Source: a virus
Taxonomy: Duplodnaviria; Caudoviricetes
IMG/VR virus record: IMGVR_UViG_3300020469_003235
Location: 1,674 to 65,673 of that record
Reading direction: 5' to 3' (one strand)
DNA: 64,000 bases
The position numbers were made by a program, and so were the translations under genes. A model generated the notes under the pieces. That model saw nothing but the letters and a program-made list of their open reading frames with translations, was not told where the DNA came from and did not search any database. Shown here piece after piece: positions 8,912 through 18,796 of this stretch (positions are counted from its first letter, which is position 1; the number at the start of each line of letters is the position of its first letter).

Positions 8912-10231
8912 ATGGCACTTAAGATTAGACGAGGTACAACAGCAGAAAGAGGCGCGATGACTGGCGCTAATCCTGCCCTTGCAGAACCTATTTGGGTAAC
9001 TGATAAAGTAAACATTAACGGCGAAAACGGTACATTATACGTTGGAGACGGAGCGACAAGCGGTGGTATTGCAGTTAACCCACAAATATCATTAAACAAA
9101 TTAACAGATGTTGATAGTTCTTTAGCACCTGCAACAGGACAAGTACTTGCTTGGAATACGTCTAATGCACGTTTTGAAGCGTCTACACTTAACCTTACAA
9201 CTACTATTGGTGCATTAACAGATGTTGATACAACAGGTGTTGTTAATAACAAAATTTTAAAATACAATGCATCTACAACTAACTGGGAAGTAGCAGACGA
9301 AGACTTTGCAAGTTTCAACTTTGCTACACAATTATCAGGTAGTAGCATCGACGGTTTAGGTGATGTAAGTACATCAGGTTCAGACGAGCCCACAGCAGGA
9401 CAATACTTGGTATGGGACAATGCTAACTCACAATGGAAGCCAGGAAATTTAGATTTTGGCAGTGCGGCTATTTCAAACTTAAATACTGATCTAAAAGGTT
9501 CAGTATTTGGTGATGATTCATCATTACTTGTTGATGGTGTTAATAGTATAGTAAGATTGTACAATGGTGTGCTTGACTTTGCTGACAATAGTGATTCAGT
9601 TATTTCAAGTACAGGTAACTTTAAAGTTAGTAACGAATTAGAAGTAAACTCAACAGTACTTGAAGCATTCAACAAAGACGAGTCAACTGCAATTAGAGTT
9701 AACGGATTAAACGGTGCAACTGCTGATAACATTTCAGGTTTTTCAATTAACGGTTACTACGGTGGCTTTGAAGGCAGTGGTAATGAAGTTAAAATTACAG
9801 CAGGTCATTACATTGGTGAATTAAGTGCATTAGCATTTGATCCAGACTTTGATGGTTCCGGTACCGGAAAGAAAGTTTTTTCATCAACGATCTTATTTAG
9901 ATCAGACCCAACTGAAACTATTGCAAATGATACTGTAAAAGGTCAAATTGAATTTGTAACTAACGCAGGCACAGGTTCTTCACCAGTTCCTAAGATAATG
10001 GTATTTGATGCTAAAGGTCAACTTGCAATTAATAGAACTGCGGCAAGGTCAACACTTGATATTGATGGTGTTATGACAATGGAACCACAAACGGCGGCTC
10101 CAAGTACTCCAGTAATTGGAATGATTGCAGTTGCTGATAAGACTAATTGGGATCCAGCAAGTTTTAGTGGATCAACTCCTTACCCAGTGTTCTATACAGG
10201 CGCGGCGTGGATATCAATGATTGGTGCTTAA
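8912..10231 (+). CDS. tail fibre/virion fibre-like protein
   Basis: N-terminal LKIRRGTTAER...LYVGDG fibre motif; three L.DV..GQ.L.W repeats; Gly/Ser/Thr rich. Confidence 0.7.
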   Translation: MALKIRRGTTAERGAMTGANPALAEPIWVTDKVNINGENGTLYVGDGATSGGIAVNPQISLNKLTDVDSSLAPATGQVLAWNTSNARFEASTLNLTTTIGALTDVDTTGVVNNKILKYNASTTNWEVADEDFASFNFATQLSGSSIDGLGDVSTSGSDEPTAGQYLVWDNANSQWKPGNLDFGSAAISNLNTDLKGSVFGDDSSLLVDGVNSIVRLYNGVLDFADNSDSVISSTGNFKVSNELEVNSTVLEAFNKDESTAIRVNGLNGATADNISGFSINGYYGGFEGSGNEVKITAGHYIGELSALAFDPDFDGSGTGKKVFSSTILFRSDPTETIANDTVKGQIEFVTNAGTGSSPVPKIMVFDAKGQLAINRTAARSTLDIDGVMTMEPQTAAPSTPVIGMIAVADKTNWDPASFSGSTPYPVFYTGAAWISMIGA

Positions 10232-10777
10232 TTTCCATTTAGGAAATAAGTTATACAATTCCCAAAAACGTTCAAAGTTAAATTTCCAAACTGACTGTTT
10301 GGTATATCTGTAATCCATATCCTTAACCTTTTCAACTACACCCATCTTTTCTAATAAAGGAAAATACACTTGGTGTGATTGATTTTGTTTGGCTTCTGGA
10401 TTCATATTTGTAGTTGAATACAAATCTCCGTTACGTTCAGTAACAAATTTTATAACAGCAGGATGTAAAAATTGATCAGTGTGATTCTGAAACTTTGTGA
10501 TAATACTTTTGCCTTTTCCTAATGGTGGTACAAGTAAACTTGTTCTTCCTGCTCTCCAAGCATTAGGTCCTAATTCATCAAACGTGTGTAATACCTGCGT
10601 TCCTACAATTACATCATCTTCATATAATAAGAACAAATGCATTTCACGTTCGTTGTTAAAGCAATCAATAAGCATTTCTTGGCTTGCATTATTAATAAAG
10701 CCTTTTGCTTCTGCTCTTGCATAATAATCTGTTAGGTCGATACCGTTGTGCCAACGTTCTACTTTAAAACTTGACAT
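10214..10777 (-). CDS. putative GNAT-fold acyltransferase
   Basis: FLLYEDDVIVG, WRAGRTSLL, LYSTTN pattern is GNAT-like; AAGGA SD before 10777. Confidence 0.35.
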   Translation of the reverse strand: MSSFKVERWHNGIDLTDYYARAEAKGFINNASQEMLIDCFNNEREMHLFLLYEDDVIVGTQVLHTFDELGPNAWRAGRTSLLVPPLGKGKSIITKFQNHTDQFLHPAVIKFVTERNGDLYSTTNMNPEAKQNQSHQVYFPLLEKMGVVEKVKDMDYRYTKQSVWKFNFERFWELYNLFPKWKLSTNH

Positions 10778-12218
10778 GTGTATAATTTCCTTTGACACTA
10801 TCGTTTAGATCAATACCACAGTAGTCGTGTCCATAAACTACAAGGTTGTTTATTCTATGTTTAAACTTTGTATAATTCTTTTCAAGTTCTTCTGGTTCTA
10901 TATTCCATTGAAGCATTTCACTTGACCATATGTTTGTAGTCCACAACACCTTAGTACCATGTAGACTATCAATTACATCGAACAGTTTATCACTGTCTTG
11001 TACAATATCAATTATATGAAACTCATGTTTTAATTCTCTATACCTTGCCCATAGTCTTTGAAAAGCAAGGCTTCCGCCGAAGTCTTTTAGTTCTTGTTCC
11101 CAGAATTCTTTATAGTTAGCACGGTAAGTACTGCTGAAGTTATAAGTTAAATCATGTTCTAAGAGCCATTTATCCAAGTCATAACCGTCCCAAGTTTCTA
11201 ATAAATGCTTCTTATAGTTTAAACTTGCTTCGCACCAATCAAAGTAATGTACTGTAGTACCTCTATGAAATCCGTTTGCATTTAGTATTGCAAGTGGTTT
11301 AAATCCTGCGGCCGCACTAAACAAATGATCTATAAGTGTACTTGTACGTACACCTTCTCCACTTAATCTTTCTGTATTAAAAGCATACACTCTGTTCTTT
11401 TCTATTTCTTCTTGGTATCCTAATTTACGTATCCATGCTCGTTGACTGTAATTTAATTGATCAACAAGTTTGTCATTAGTTTTATCTAACCATACCTTTT
11501 CAAGTATTTCAGGTTTGTTGTAAGGATATAAAAATACTTTACATTCTCGCATATCATTATCAAGATTCTCAATAGTAATATTATTTTCTGCGGCAAGATG
11601 TATCCAGTTACTTCCATCAGCAGTAATAGTGCTATGTGTATAACCTTCTGCACCTTTTACCCACTTAGGTGTGTATTCGCTATGAATCTTTTCTTTACTA
11701 TATTCTACATTACGATATTCTCTGGGTCTATCAGTAAACACACCAAGTTCATCAAACTCTGGTTTACCTAATTCAACCCATTTACTTAAATTTACAAACA
11801 AGTATTGTCTATGCAATCCAGGATAAGCGTCTTTAGTTAGATAATGATGTTGTCCTTGCTTGTCCATAATATGTCCAACTACAAAAAACTGCGGATTGTT
11901 TTGTGCATATGCAACACTTTTCTGCACTAAACTTGGACCTCTATACAATAATAATCCTTGGCAAGCAACCATGCAATACTTTTTATCTTGTGCGATTGCG
12001 TTTTCTAATATTTGACTTACAGTTGTATAACGCCCTACGTATGAACACAAGTTCATTTTAATCATTCTATTAATATAGAAGTAAGTCATATCGAATGTGC
12101 GTTTAGCAACAAAGTCGTTATCAATATCTCTGGAGATATCTAATATACCTATACCAACCTCGTTATTAGAATTTAGATCTTCGTAATATCGATCAACTGA
12201 AAGACTATTCCAATCCAT
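10764..12218 (-). CDS. hypothetical two-domain enzyme (possible GT-like N-term, Rossmann/SAM-binding-like C-term)
   Basis: 484-aa ORF; C-terminal FSAAAGFK...VHYFDW resembles methyltransferase motifs I/II; function speculative. Confidence 0.4.
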   Translation of the reverse strand: MDWNSLSVDRYYEDLNSNNEVGIGILDISRDIDNDFVAKRTFDMTYFYINRMIKMNLCSYVGRYTTVSQILENAIAQDKKYCMVACQGLLLYRGPSLVQKSVAYAQNNPQFFVVGHIMDKQGQHHYLTKDAYPGLHRQYLFVNLSKWVELGKPEFDELGVFTDRPREYRNVEYSKEKIHSEYTPKWVKGAEGYTHSTITADGSNWIHLAAENNITIENLDNDMRECKVFLYPYNKPEILEKVWLDKTNDKLVDQLNYSQRAWIRKLGYQEEIEKNRVYAFNTERLSGEGVRTSTLIDHLFSAAAGFKPLAILNANGFHRGTTVHYFDWCEASLNYKKHLLETWDGYDLDKWLLEHDLTYNFSSTYRANYKEFWEQELKDFGGSLAFQRLWARYRELKHEFHIIDIVQDSDKLFDVIDSLHGTKVLWTTNIWSSEMLQWNIEPEELEKNYTKFKHRINNLVVYGHDYCGIDLNDSVKGNYTHVKF

Positions 12219-12921
12219 CGAGTGTTCTCCTATTAGTATAGAAACTTTTTCTTAACGTATAAAACATATCTCTTGTACGTCTACCAAGTTCATAATGTAT
12301 TATCATATGTATTCTTGGTTTGTCGCTACGATTCCAAACACTATGTACGTTGCTAATGTCCATTAAAAATGCACTACCGCTGTCTTTAAAAGGAACAATA
12401 CCTTTGTCTTTAAAAATAAAAGTACAATCTTCTGGATTGTTTAAACTAATGTTACAAACACTTAAACGTTTTTCTTCGTCTTTACGATCTTGATGTGGAA
12501 GTATATACCCGCCCGGTTCAAGTAACATAAATCTTACACGGTTTAAAAACTCTGCAGGCCATACATCTGTTAAAAACTTTTTAGTGACAGGACATTCGTC
12601 TGCTACCCAAGTCCAATCTAATTCTTTAAGTACTTTATCACGTTCACCATATTGACTTAAACTTTGTGTATCTTCATTAAGTCCATGTAGTGTTAGACTC
12701 TTCCAACCCTTGCCGTATGAATCTTCTCTATGACTATGAAACTTATCAGCAAGTGCCTCTGCTTCTTTGTGCATTTCTTTCCAAGGCTGATTATCTAAAG
12801 CACTAAGATGAAAGTATCCCCAACCACTTTCTGTAACTAACCACTTAGGATCAAATGTGTCTGGGTATAATTCTTGCTTCAGGATGCCATGCTCGTTATG
12901 GTATTTTTCTAATTCCTGCAT
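12205..12921 (-). CDS. Asp/Asn beta-hydroxylase-like 2OG/cupin dioxygenase
   Basis: RVRFMLLEPGGYILPHQD...HSVWNRSDKPRIHMI; start 12921 (or 12927), not 13146. Confidence 0.75.
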   Translation of the reverse strand: MQELEKYHNEHGILKQELYPDTFDPKWLVTESGWGYFHLSALDNQPWKEMHKEAEALADKFHSHREDSYGKGWKSLTLHGLNEDTQSLSQYGERDKVLKELDWTWVADECPVTKKFLTDVWPAEFLNRVRFMLLEPGGYILPHQDRKDEEKRLSVCNISLNNPEDCTFIFKDKGIVPFKDSGSAFLMDISNVHSVWNRSDKPRIHMIIHYELGRRTRDMFYTLRKSFYTNRRTLDGLE

Positions 12922-12926
12922 ACTCA

Positions 12927-12974
12927 TATTTACCTGCCAGACACCGTTATGTGCTCTTATAATGGCGGTAAATA
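12927..12974. promoter_or_regulatory. divergent pair of TAAATA late-type promoters
   Basis: TATTTACC(12927-12934)...GGTAAATA(12967-12974) inverted repeat; each box is 5 nt upstream of an ATG. Confidence 0.65.
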
Positions 12975-12979
12975 CTATG

Positions 12980-13963
12980 ATGCCATTCTTACGAAAACAG
13001 GACCTTAAGACGTTAGTTGTAGACTTCACAAGCCATTGTAATGCTATGTGTGGTAATTGCTCACGGAACATTGACGGCATAACTGTCAATCCAAATATGC
13101 CCTTAGGACACATGACTATGGACACTTGGAGAAATATTGTTGACAATGCTAAAGGTGTAGAAGAAATAATTTTTAATGGTGCATATGGTGATCCTATTAT
13201 GAATCCTAATTTACCTTTTGCATTAGAGTATGCAAGAAAATTAAAATGTAAAATTATGATTCACACTAATGGTGGTATAGGTAAACCTAATTTGTATAGA
13301 ATGTTAGCACAGAACTTACGCAGATTCCCTCAAGCAGTTATTACATTTAGTATAGACGGCTTAGAAGATACTAATCATTTATATAGACGACATGTTATAT
13401 GGAAAAATATTATGGCTAATGCAAGTGCGTTTATAGATGCAGGTGGTATTGCACGTTGGCGTATGCTTGTGTTTGAACATAACAAACACCAAATAGAAGA
13501 GTGTGAACAACTATCTAAGGACATGGGTTTTAAAGTTTTTGATATTAACGGCGGTTATACTTTTACTGCTATTGATAGTGTTGTCAATGAAGCAGTAGAA
13601 AACTTTAAAGCAACTAAGAAAGAACAAGCACGTACTATTGCATACGATACAAGTAAATTAGATAATGTAAATCGTGTAAAAGGTTTAATTGAAAAAGGGT
13701 TTGACAAAGGCTGTATTACTTGCAAATGGAAGAAAAAACAAAAGGTACAAATAAGTCATACTGGAGAAGTATTTCCTTGTTGTTATTTGTTAAGTGATCG
13801 TTATGCTAAAAATCCTGACAGTCCGTATGCACAAGAATGTAATAGTGTAGAATGGCCTAATGTTAATAAGATTCCGTTAGAAGAAATTATCGAAAGTGAT
13901 ACATTAAATTATCCCAGTGATAATAGATTTAAAATATGTGAGGTAACCTGCGGTGAAGTGTAA
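12980..13963 (+). CDS. radical SAM enzyme with C-terminal SPASM/twitch (type A)
   Basis: CNAMCGNC (CxxxCxxC), GAYGDP, HTNGG, FSIDG; C-term C..GEVFPCC..CEVTC. Confidence 0.85.
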   Translation: MPFLRKQDLKTLVVDFTSHCNAMCGNCSRNIDGITVNPNMPLGHMTMDTWRNIVDNAKGVEEIIFNGAYGDPIMNPNLPFALEYARKLKCKIMIHTNGGIGKPNLYRMLAQNLRRFPQAVITFSIDGLEDTNHLYRRHVIWKNIMANASAFIDAGGIARWRMLVFEHNKHQIEECEQLSKDMGFKVFDINGGYTFTAIDSVVNEAVENFKATKKEQARTIAYDTSKLDNVNRVKGLIEKGFDKGCITCKWKKKQKVQISHTGEVFPCCYLLSDRYAKNPDSPYAQECNSVEWPNVNKIPLEEIIESDTLNYPSDNRFKICEVTCGEV

Positions 13964-14996
13964 GTATTTAGATCACCAAGTATGTGTTAAAACATCAGGC
14001 GAATATCGTTTGTGTTGTATTAGTAATGAACCTACTAATAGAGAAAATGTAACAACACACACTGTAGACGACTGGCGTAATAGTGCAACATATCAAAATG
14101 CTATTGCAACATTTGAAAACGGATTGTTTCCCAAGGCTTGTGAAAAATGTAAAATACAAGAAGAAGCCGGAGAAACAAGTCAACGTACAAGACCACGACA
14201 GTATGGTCCAGGTGTTAGTCATTTAGACTTACGTTTCGGTAGTAACTGTAACCTACAATGTACTATGTGTTATCCAGGTGTGTCAAGTAGTCTTGCTAAA
14301 GAACATCAAGAGATGCTTAAACAAGGTATTGAATCGCCTTGGGGTAATGAACCTTTTCCAAACTTTGATTGGTACACAGATGAGCGTGGAGAATACTTAG
14401 CCACATTACCTGAACTACGAGAAGTATACTTAACAGGTGGCGAACCTATGATGGTTAAAGGACTTCATAAATTTTTACAAAAGTTAGACAGTTCAGTTGA
14501 AGTACGTTTTAATACTAATGCTACAATTATGAATCCTAACATATATGAAGAACTAAAACGTTTCGAAACTGTTAATATGTGTTTTAGTATAGACGGTATT
14601 GGTAAAGTAAACGATTACATACGTTGGGGTAGTAACTGGGAACAAGTAGAAACTAATATGCTTAAATGGGCTGAGATAGTAAAATACAAAAGCCTCGGGC
14701 CTACTATACAAGTTTTAAATTTACATCACTACGAAACAATTATTGATTGGTGTAAAAAACATGACTTTCAATTCTTTGATAACTTATTAATGAATCCTGA
14801 ATATCTTAACACAAAAAATGCACCAGATGAAATTAAACAATACTGTCCAGAAAAATTTAAGTACTGGGTAGATCAACCTGCAGATATTATTCAACAAGAA
14901 GCATTTAAAAAATGGATATCTATCTTTGATAAACAAAGAGGCTGTAGTCTAAAAGAATATATCCCAGAGGTAGCAAAGGCTTATGGAATTAATTAA
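13953..14996 (+). CDS. radical SAM enzyme with N-terminal twitch domain (type B)
   Basis: N-term C..GEYRLCC..CEKC then CNLQCTMC, TGGEP, NTN, SIDG. Confidence 0.85.
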   Translation: MKCKYLDHQVCVKTSGEYRLCCISNEPTNRENVTTHTVDDWRNSATYQNAIATFENGLFPKACEKCKIQEEAGETSQRTRPRQYGPGVSHLDLRFGSNCNLQCTMCYPGVSSSLAKEHQEMLKQGIESPWGNEPFPNFDWYTDERGEYLATLPELREVYLTGGEPMMVKGLHKFLQKLDSSVEVRFNTNATIMNPNIYEELKRFETVNMCFSIDGIGKVNDYIRWGSNWEQVETNMLKWAEIVKYKSLGPTIQVLNLHHYETIIDWCKKHDFQFFDNLLMNPEYLNTKNAPDEIKQYCPEKFKYWVDQPADIIQQEAFKKWISIFDKQRGCSLKEYIPEVAKAYGIN

Positions 14997-15447
14997 AGAG
15001 AATAAAGAAAAATTAAGACGTGTTTATAAAGGTGCAAACTTTTATCGTAAACAATGGGACTTTGCAAATCAAGAATGGCTTGACGACCATATCGATATAA
15101 TGGAAGAAGTACGTCCTGGTTACATTATTAATCACGGTATTGACGCTGGCAGAATGTTTATTGATACTAAAATTATTGAAGGCACTGTAGCAAACACACT
15201 ACCGCATACACCAGAATTTGTAAAAAGTATATACAATTTTTGTTTAGAAAACATTAACACCACACAACCATTTGCACACGGAGATTGGGTACTCAGTAAC
15301 ATTATTGTTCAAGGTAATTCATATGAATTAATTGATTGGGACAATGTAGGAGTGTATCAACCCAGTGTAGTATTTGATAAATTGGAAAGCGATTTAAGGT
15401 CTGCTTTTGGAGAGAAATTCGATGAAATGTTACGCACCCTGGCATAG
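14983..15447 (+). CDS. minimal APH/choline-kinase-like phosphotransferase
   Basis: HGDWVLSNI (HGDxxxxN catalytic loop) and LIDWD (metal-binding). Confidence 0.65.
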   Translation: MELIKENKEKLRRVYKGANFYRKQWDFANQEWLDDHIDIMEEVRPGYIINHGIDAGRMFIDTKIIEGTVANTLPHTPEFVKSIYNFCLENINTTQPFAHGDWVLSNIIVQGNSYELIDWDNVGVYQPSVVFDKLESDLRSAFGEKFDEMLRTLA

Positions 15448-16540
15448 TATTTTGGTACGTTTTAACGGCGATATTGTACCTGATGGTGTGTACACTAAAC
15501 GCTACGGAAACGTGCTACAAGAGCCCTTAAACACCGTCTTAGACAGCATTACAGCGTCATACACAAAGGATAGTATCCGTAATGGAGTGTTGCCGCCCGA
15601 GTGTCAACAATGTGCTTTAAAAGAGGCTACAGTAGGTCATAGTAGGAGATTATTCTTCCGTGATATATTGAATCCAATGCTTGAAGAATCCAATAATGAT
15701 TACTCAAAAAACTTCCATGATATTAAGTTTTTGGAATTTAATATGAGTAATATTTGTAATTTAAAATGTAGAATGTGTGATGGAATCAATTCAAGTGCTT
15801 GGGTCAAAGACGAATTGAAACTTGCACAAAATGGTAATCCATATCATAGAAGAATTGACAATCCAGAGTTTGGATATGTTAATAAAAGCGAACAGATTAT
15901 AGAACGCTTATTTGAAGATCCTACTCCGTTTATGGGGTTACGTTATCTTAGTATTAAAGGCGGAGAGCCTTACATGGAACCTGCAAATAAAAAAATATTG
16001 CAGAAATTTATAGACTTAGGAGTTGCAAAAAATGTTATACTTGACTGGACAACGAATGGTACGATTGTTGATGAAGAAGTACAGGAACTTGCTGGACACT
16101 TTGGCGAAACTAAATGGACAGTAAGTGTTGAAGGCACTGGCGGACTTTATGAATACATTAGAGGTGGAAAGAACTTTACGTTTGACCAACTTAATAACAA
16201 TCTAAAACAATACAACTTTGATAGAATTATTATTGCTGTAACTGTGATGGCATATAATATTGCACACTTAGATAAAATACAAACTTGGTTTGATGCTAAC
16301 AAAAAAGATAATTGGAGTATATACTTTAATAATGTAGTAGCACAACCTGCCTACTTAAATCCTCGTGTACTGCCTAATGAAGTATTACAAAGTATTGAAC
16401 ACAAGTTACCTAACATAACGTACGAACAAAACAATAGCAAACTATTAGATATGTTTGTAAACTATACTAAGGACTTAGATAAGATTAGAGATACAAGTGT
16501 TTTAGATTATTGTCCAGAACTTAAAGATCTGTTTGTATAG
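15422..16540 (+). CDS. radical SAM enzyme with degenerate N-terminal twitch (type B)
   Basis: CYAPW..GDIVPDG..CQQC then CNLKCRMC, KGGEP, TTNGT, SVEG. Confidence 0.85.
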   Translation: MKCYAPWHSILVRFNGDIVPDGVYTKRYGNVLQEPLNTVLDSITASYTKDSIRNGVLPPECQQCALKEATVGHSRRLFFRDILNPMLEESNNDYSKNFHDIKFLEFNMSNICNLKCRMCDGINSSAWVKDELKLAQNGNPYHRRIDNPEFGYVNKSEQIIERLFEDPTPFMGLRYLSIKGGEPYMEPANKKILQKFIDLGVAKNVILDWTTNGTIVDEEVQELAGHFGETKWTVSVEGTGGLYEYIRGGKNFTFDQLNNNLKQYNFDRIIIAVTVMAYNIAHLDKIQTWFDANKKDNWSIYFNNVVAQPAYLNPRVLPNEVLQSIEHKLPNITYEQNNSKLLDMFVNYTKDLDKIRDTSVLDYCPELKDLFV

Positions 16541-17069
16541 GATCAAGTGCCATATAGTGTAAGTTGTAACTACGTGGACTATCAATTACCCATTTAACAA
16601 GTTTACCTGCTTCAAGCAAACTAATTTTGTTATTAGTGCTTTTATCTAATTGTGTTTGTGATGCAAGTTGACCAAACGCAATATTGCTTACACGAATTTT
16701 GCTACTACCAAACGTTCCGTACTGTGAATACTTTTTACTTAATTCATCAAGTTCGGTTTTGTTTTTAAGATAGTTGCCTGGATTATATCCGTCACCCCAA
16801 TAACTTGTTGTGCTTGAAATATTAATAATGTGTTCACCATTAAACTTTTCATATACCTTACGTAACAATTCTACTTGTTCGCCATTAGGACCGTATTGAC
16901 TGTTTACAAATACATTATGATCTTTTACGTGTTCTGCTACTGCGTCAGCATCTGTAAGATCCCAGTCATTCCATCTACCAATAAATTCTACTTGATTACG
17001 ACTGTAGGCTTCCCATATACCCGAGCATAAGCCTTCATAATTAGGATTACCTGTTACAACTATTCGCAT
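16521..17069 (-). CDS. short-chain dehydrogenase/reductase-like protein
   Basis: IVVTG..G, FVNS, IINISS, YxxxK (YLKNK). Confidence 0.65.
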   Translation of the reverse strand: MRIVVTGNPNYEGLCSGIWEAYSRNQVEFIGRWNDWDLTDADAVAEHVKDHNVFVNSQYGPNGEQVELLRKVYEKFNGEHIINISSTTSYWGDGYNPGNYLKNKTELDELSKKYSQYGTFGSSKIRVSNIAFGQLASQTQLDKSTNNKISLLEAGKLVKWVIDSPRSYNLHYMALDPIQTDL

Positions 17070-17311
17070 CTATATTCCTTTGGTACTGTTCCCCAACCTA
17101 CTGTTCTATCCCAGTCACGTTGTGTATATGTATTTGTTACCTTTTTGTAGGCTTCTTCAAACCCTTCTTCTCTGTGCATTGCTTCGTTATTGTTCCATAA
17201 CCTTTTAAAGTAACTATCGTAACAATCAAAGATGCAATCTTCTGTTGCGTTTAAGTGGCCCTTTACCATATAAAAAATTCTATATGCTTCTCTGCGTGTT
17301 ACTTGAGTCAT
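17060..17311 (-). CDS. hypothetical protein
   Basis: 83-aa ORF with AGGAAGGA SD, overlapping both neighbours. Confidence 0.6.
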   Translation of the reverse strand: MTQVTRREAYRIFYMVKGHLNATEDCIFDCYDSYFKRLWNNNEAMHREEGFEEAYKKVTNTYTQRDWDRTVGWGTVPKEYRCE

Positions 17312-18209
17312 TGTGTTCCTTCCTTATAAAAATATCGCTTAAACAACTGCACACACTTTTACCACATATAATAGGCTCATTGGGCAATTTATATCTTTCA
17401 AGGTTACCTAACGCACCGCCAAATTGACAATCTGCTCTGTATAGGTTCCCCCACATATCTACGTTTACTCCATCAATACCTGCCCAACATTTCCAACCAC
17501 TAAATTGATTCTTTTCTTGTAGTAGGATTTCATTAGCAGTAACTACTGAATTATTTAGTAGTAACTCTCCGCGGTGTAAATTACTAAAGTTAAACTCTCG
17601 TTTGTACTTCCAGTTATTGATTAAATCTTTTTGCTCTGGTGTGTAAACTGTAACTTCATTTGTTACATGTTCTTGACTTGTTTTGTCTACAATTACCTTA
17701 GGCTCAACTGTAAGATTATCACTACCTTCATATAACTGTTTAGCAATGCTTTCTAATTCATTAAATTTTTCTGGTACCATCATTAGATGTACAGCAACAG
17801 GACAGTCAACCGTGTTTGCTATTTCAATAAAATGCTCTACGTCTGCGTACTGTGGGTGATACGAAATAATAAATCCGTCTGTGTAATTACTAATTTCTTT
17901 GTAGTACTTTACACGTTGACTTCCGTTTGTAACAAAACTAAAATAGTGTCCTTGCTTTTTTACAAGTTTTGCAAGATCAATAAAGTGTTTCCAGTATGTA
18001 GGTTCACCACCACTTATTCTGTAACACATTGTCTTGGGTACTTTTAATTTTTCAACAAAGTTTTTTACAGTTTCCCATTTGGGTTGACCTGTACTTCCGT
18101 TATGTAAAATATCTGGACAGTATTCACAACGATAGTTACACTTGTTGCTGAGTGTCCAACTAACAAGGAACCAATCTTTTTTCGTTATGTCTACATACTC
18201 TAATTTCAA
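17280..18209 (-). CDS. radical SAM enzyme (type C)
   Basis: SWTLSNKCNYRCEYC, SGGEPT, TNGS, SYHPQ; C-term WKCWAG..C..CGKSVCSC; probable TTG start overlapping upstream TGA. Confidence 0.85.
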   Translation of the reverse strand: MKLEYVDITKKDWFLVSWTLSNKCNYRCEYCPDILHNGSTGQPKWETVKNFVEKLKVPKTMCYRISGGEPTYWKHFIDLAKLVKKQGHYFSFVTNGSQRVKYYKEISNYTDGFIISYHPQYADVEHFIEIANTVDCPVAVHLMMVPEKFNELESIAKQLYEGSDNLTVEPKVIVDKTSQEHVTNEVTVYTPEQKDLINNWKYKREFNFSNLHRGELLLNNSVVTANEILLQEKNQFSGWKCWAGIDGVNVDMWGNLYRADCQFGGALGNLERYKLPNEPIICGKSVCSCLSDIFIRKEHNDSSNTQRSI

Positions 18210-18796
18210 TTTCTCATCTCTAATGTATTGATGTGGTTTCCACTTTCCCATTCATCAATTATAAACTTAATAACCTTTGCAACTGATTCTGGTTTTAGTA
18301 ATTTGTGTTGTTTTTTAAAGTAATGAAACTTTGTTCTTAATTCTTCTAATACTTCTTTGCTTTTATAAACGTCTTTACCTGCAAAGTCTGTATCACAAAA
18401 TGCAGGAACAACAAGACTTGCTTTACACTCAGGTCTTAAATTATTCCAGTTATGTGTTTTTGTGTGTAGTTCTAATTTATTTTTGTAGTAATCTTCTTCA
18501 AAGAAAATATCATTTGTAGTATTTGCAACAACTGATCCTATGTTTACACACAACTTATCTTTGTCTTGATTAAACACACTCCACATATCAAACAGTGTGC
18601 TTTGTGTATTTTCACAGTAAACATTGTTAATAAAGATATCAACATCACGTAAATGATCAAATGCTTTTGCAGTATCTCTTACATCGCATGACCATTCTTC
18701 ATTTCTATCAAGCAGTACCCAAACATAATCATTTTTGTATAATTCGTAAAATGCTTTTCCAATTCCTGCTTTGTGTCCTGTTAATCCTACTTGCAT
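18206..18796 (-). CDS. short-chain dehydrogenase/reductase-like protein
   Basis: GLTGHKAGIG (TGxxxGIG), FINN, NIGS, YYKNK, PAFCDT. Confidence 0.7.
   Translation of the reverse strand: MQVGLTGHKAGIGKAFYELYKNDYVWVLLDRNEEWSCDVRDTAKAFDHLRDVDIFINNVYCENTQSTLFDMWSVFNQDKDKLCVNIGSVVANTTNDIFFEEDYYKNKLELHTKTHNWNNLRPECKASLVVPAFCDTDFAGKDVYKSKEVLEELRTKFHYFKKQHKLLKPESVAKVIKFIIDEWESGNHINTLEMRN

Noticed and set aside
8833-9732. 299-aa antisense ORF, and the many other antisense ORFs over structural genes
   Set aside because: Shadow frames of genes with strong codon bias; no SD, motifs or operon fit
10771-10786. TTGACA and TATAAT hexamers on + strand
   Set aside because: Only 4 nt apart and inside - strand coding sequence; not a valid sigma70 geometry
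12857-13146. Apparent head-to-head overlap of the ORF-track calls 12205-13146 and 12857-13963
   Set aside because: Artefact of longest-ORF starts; real starts near 12921 and 12980 leave an intergenic promoter region
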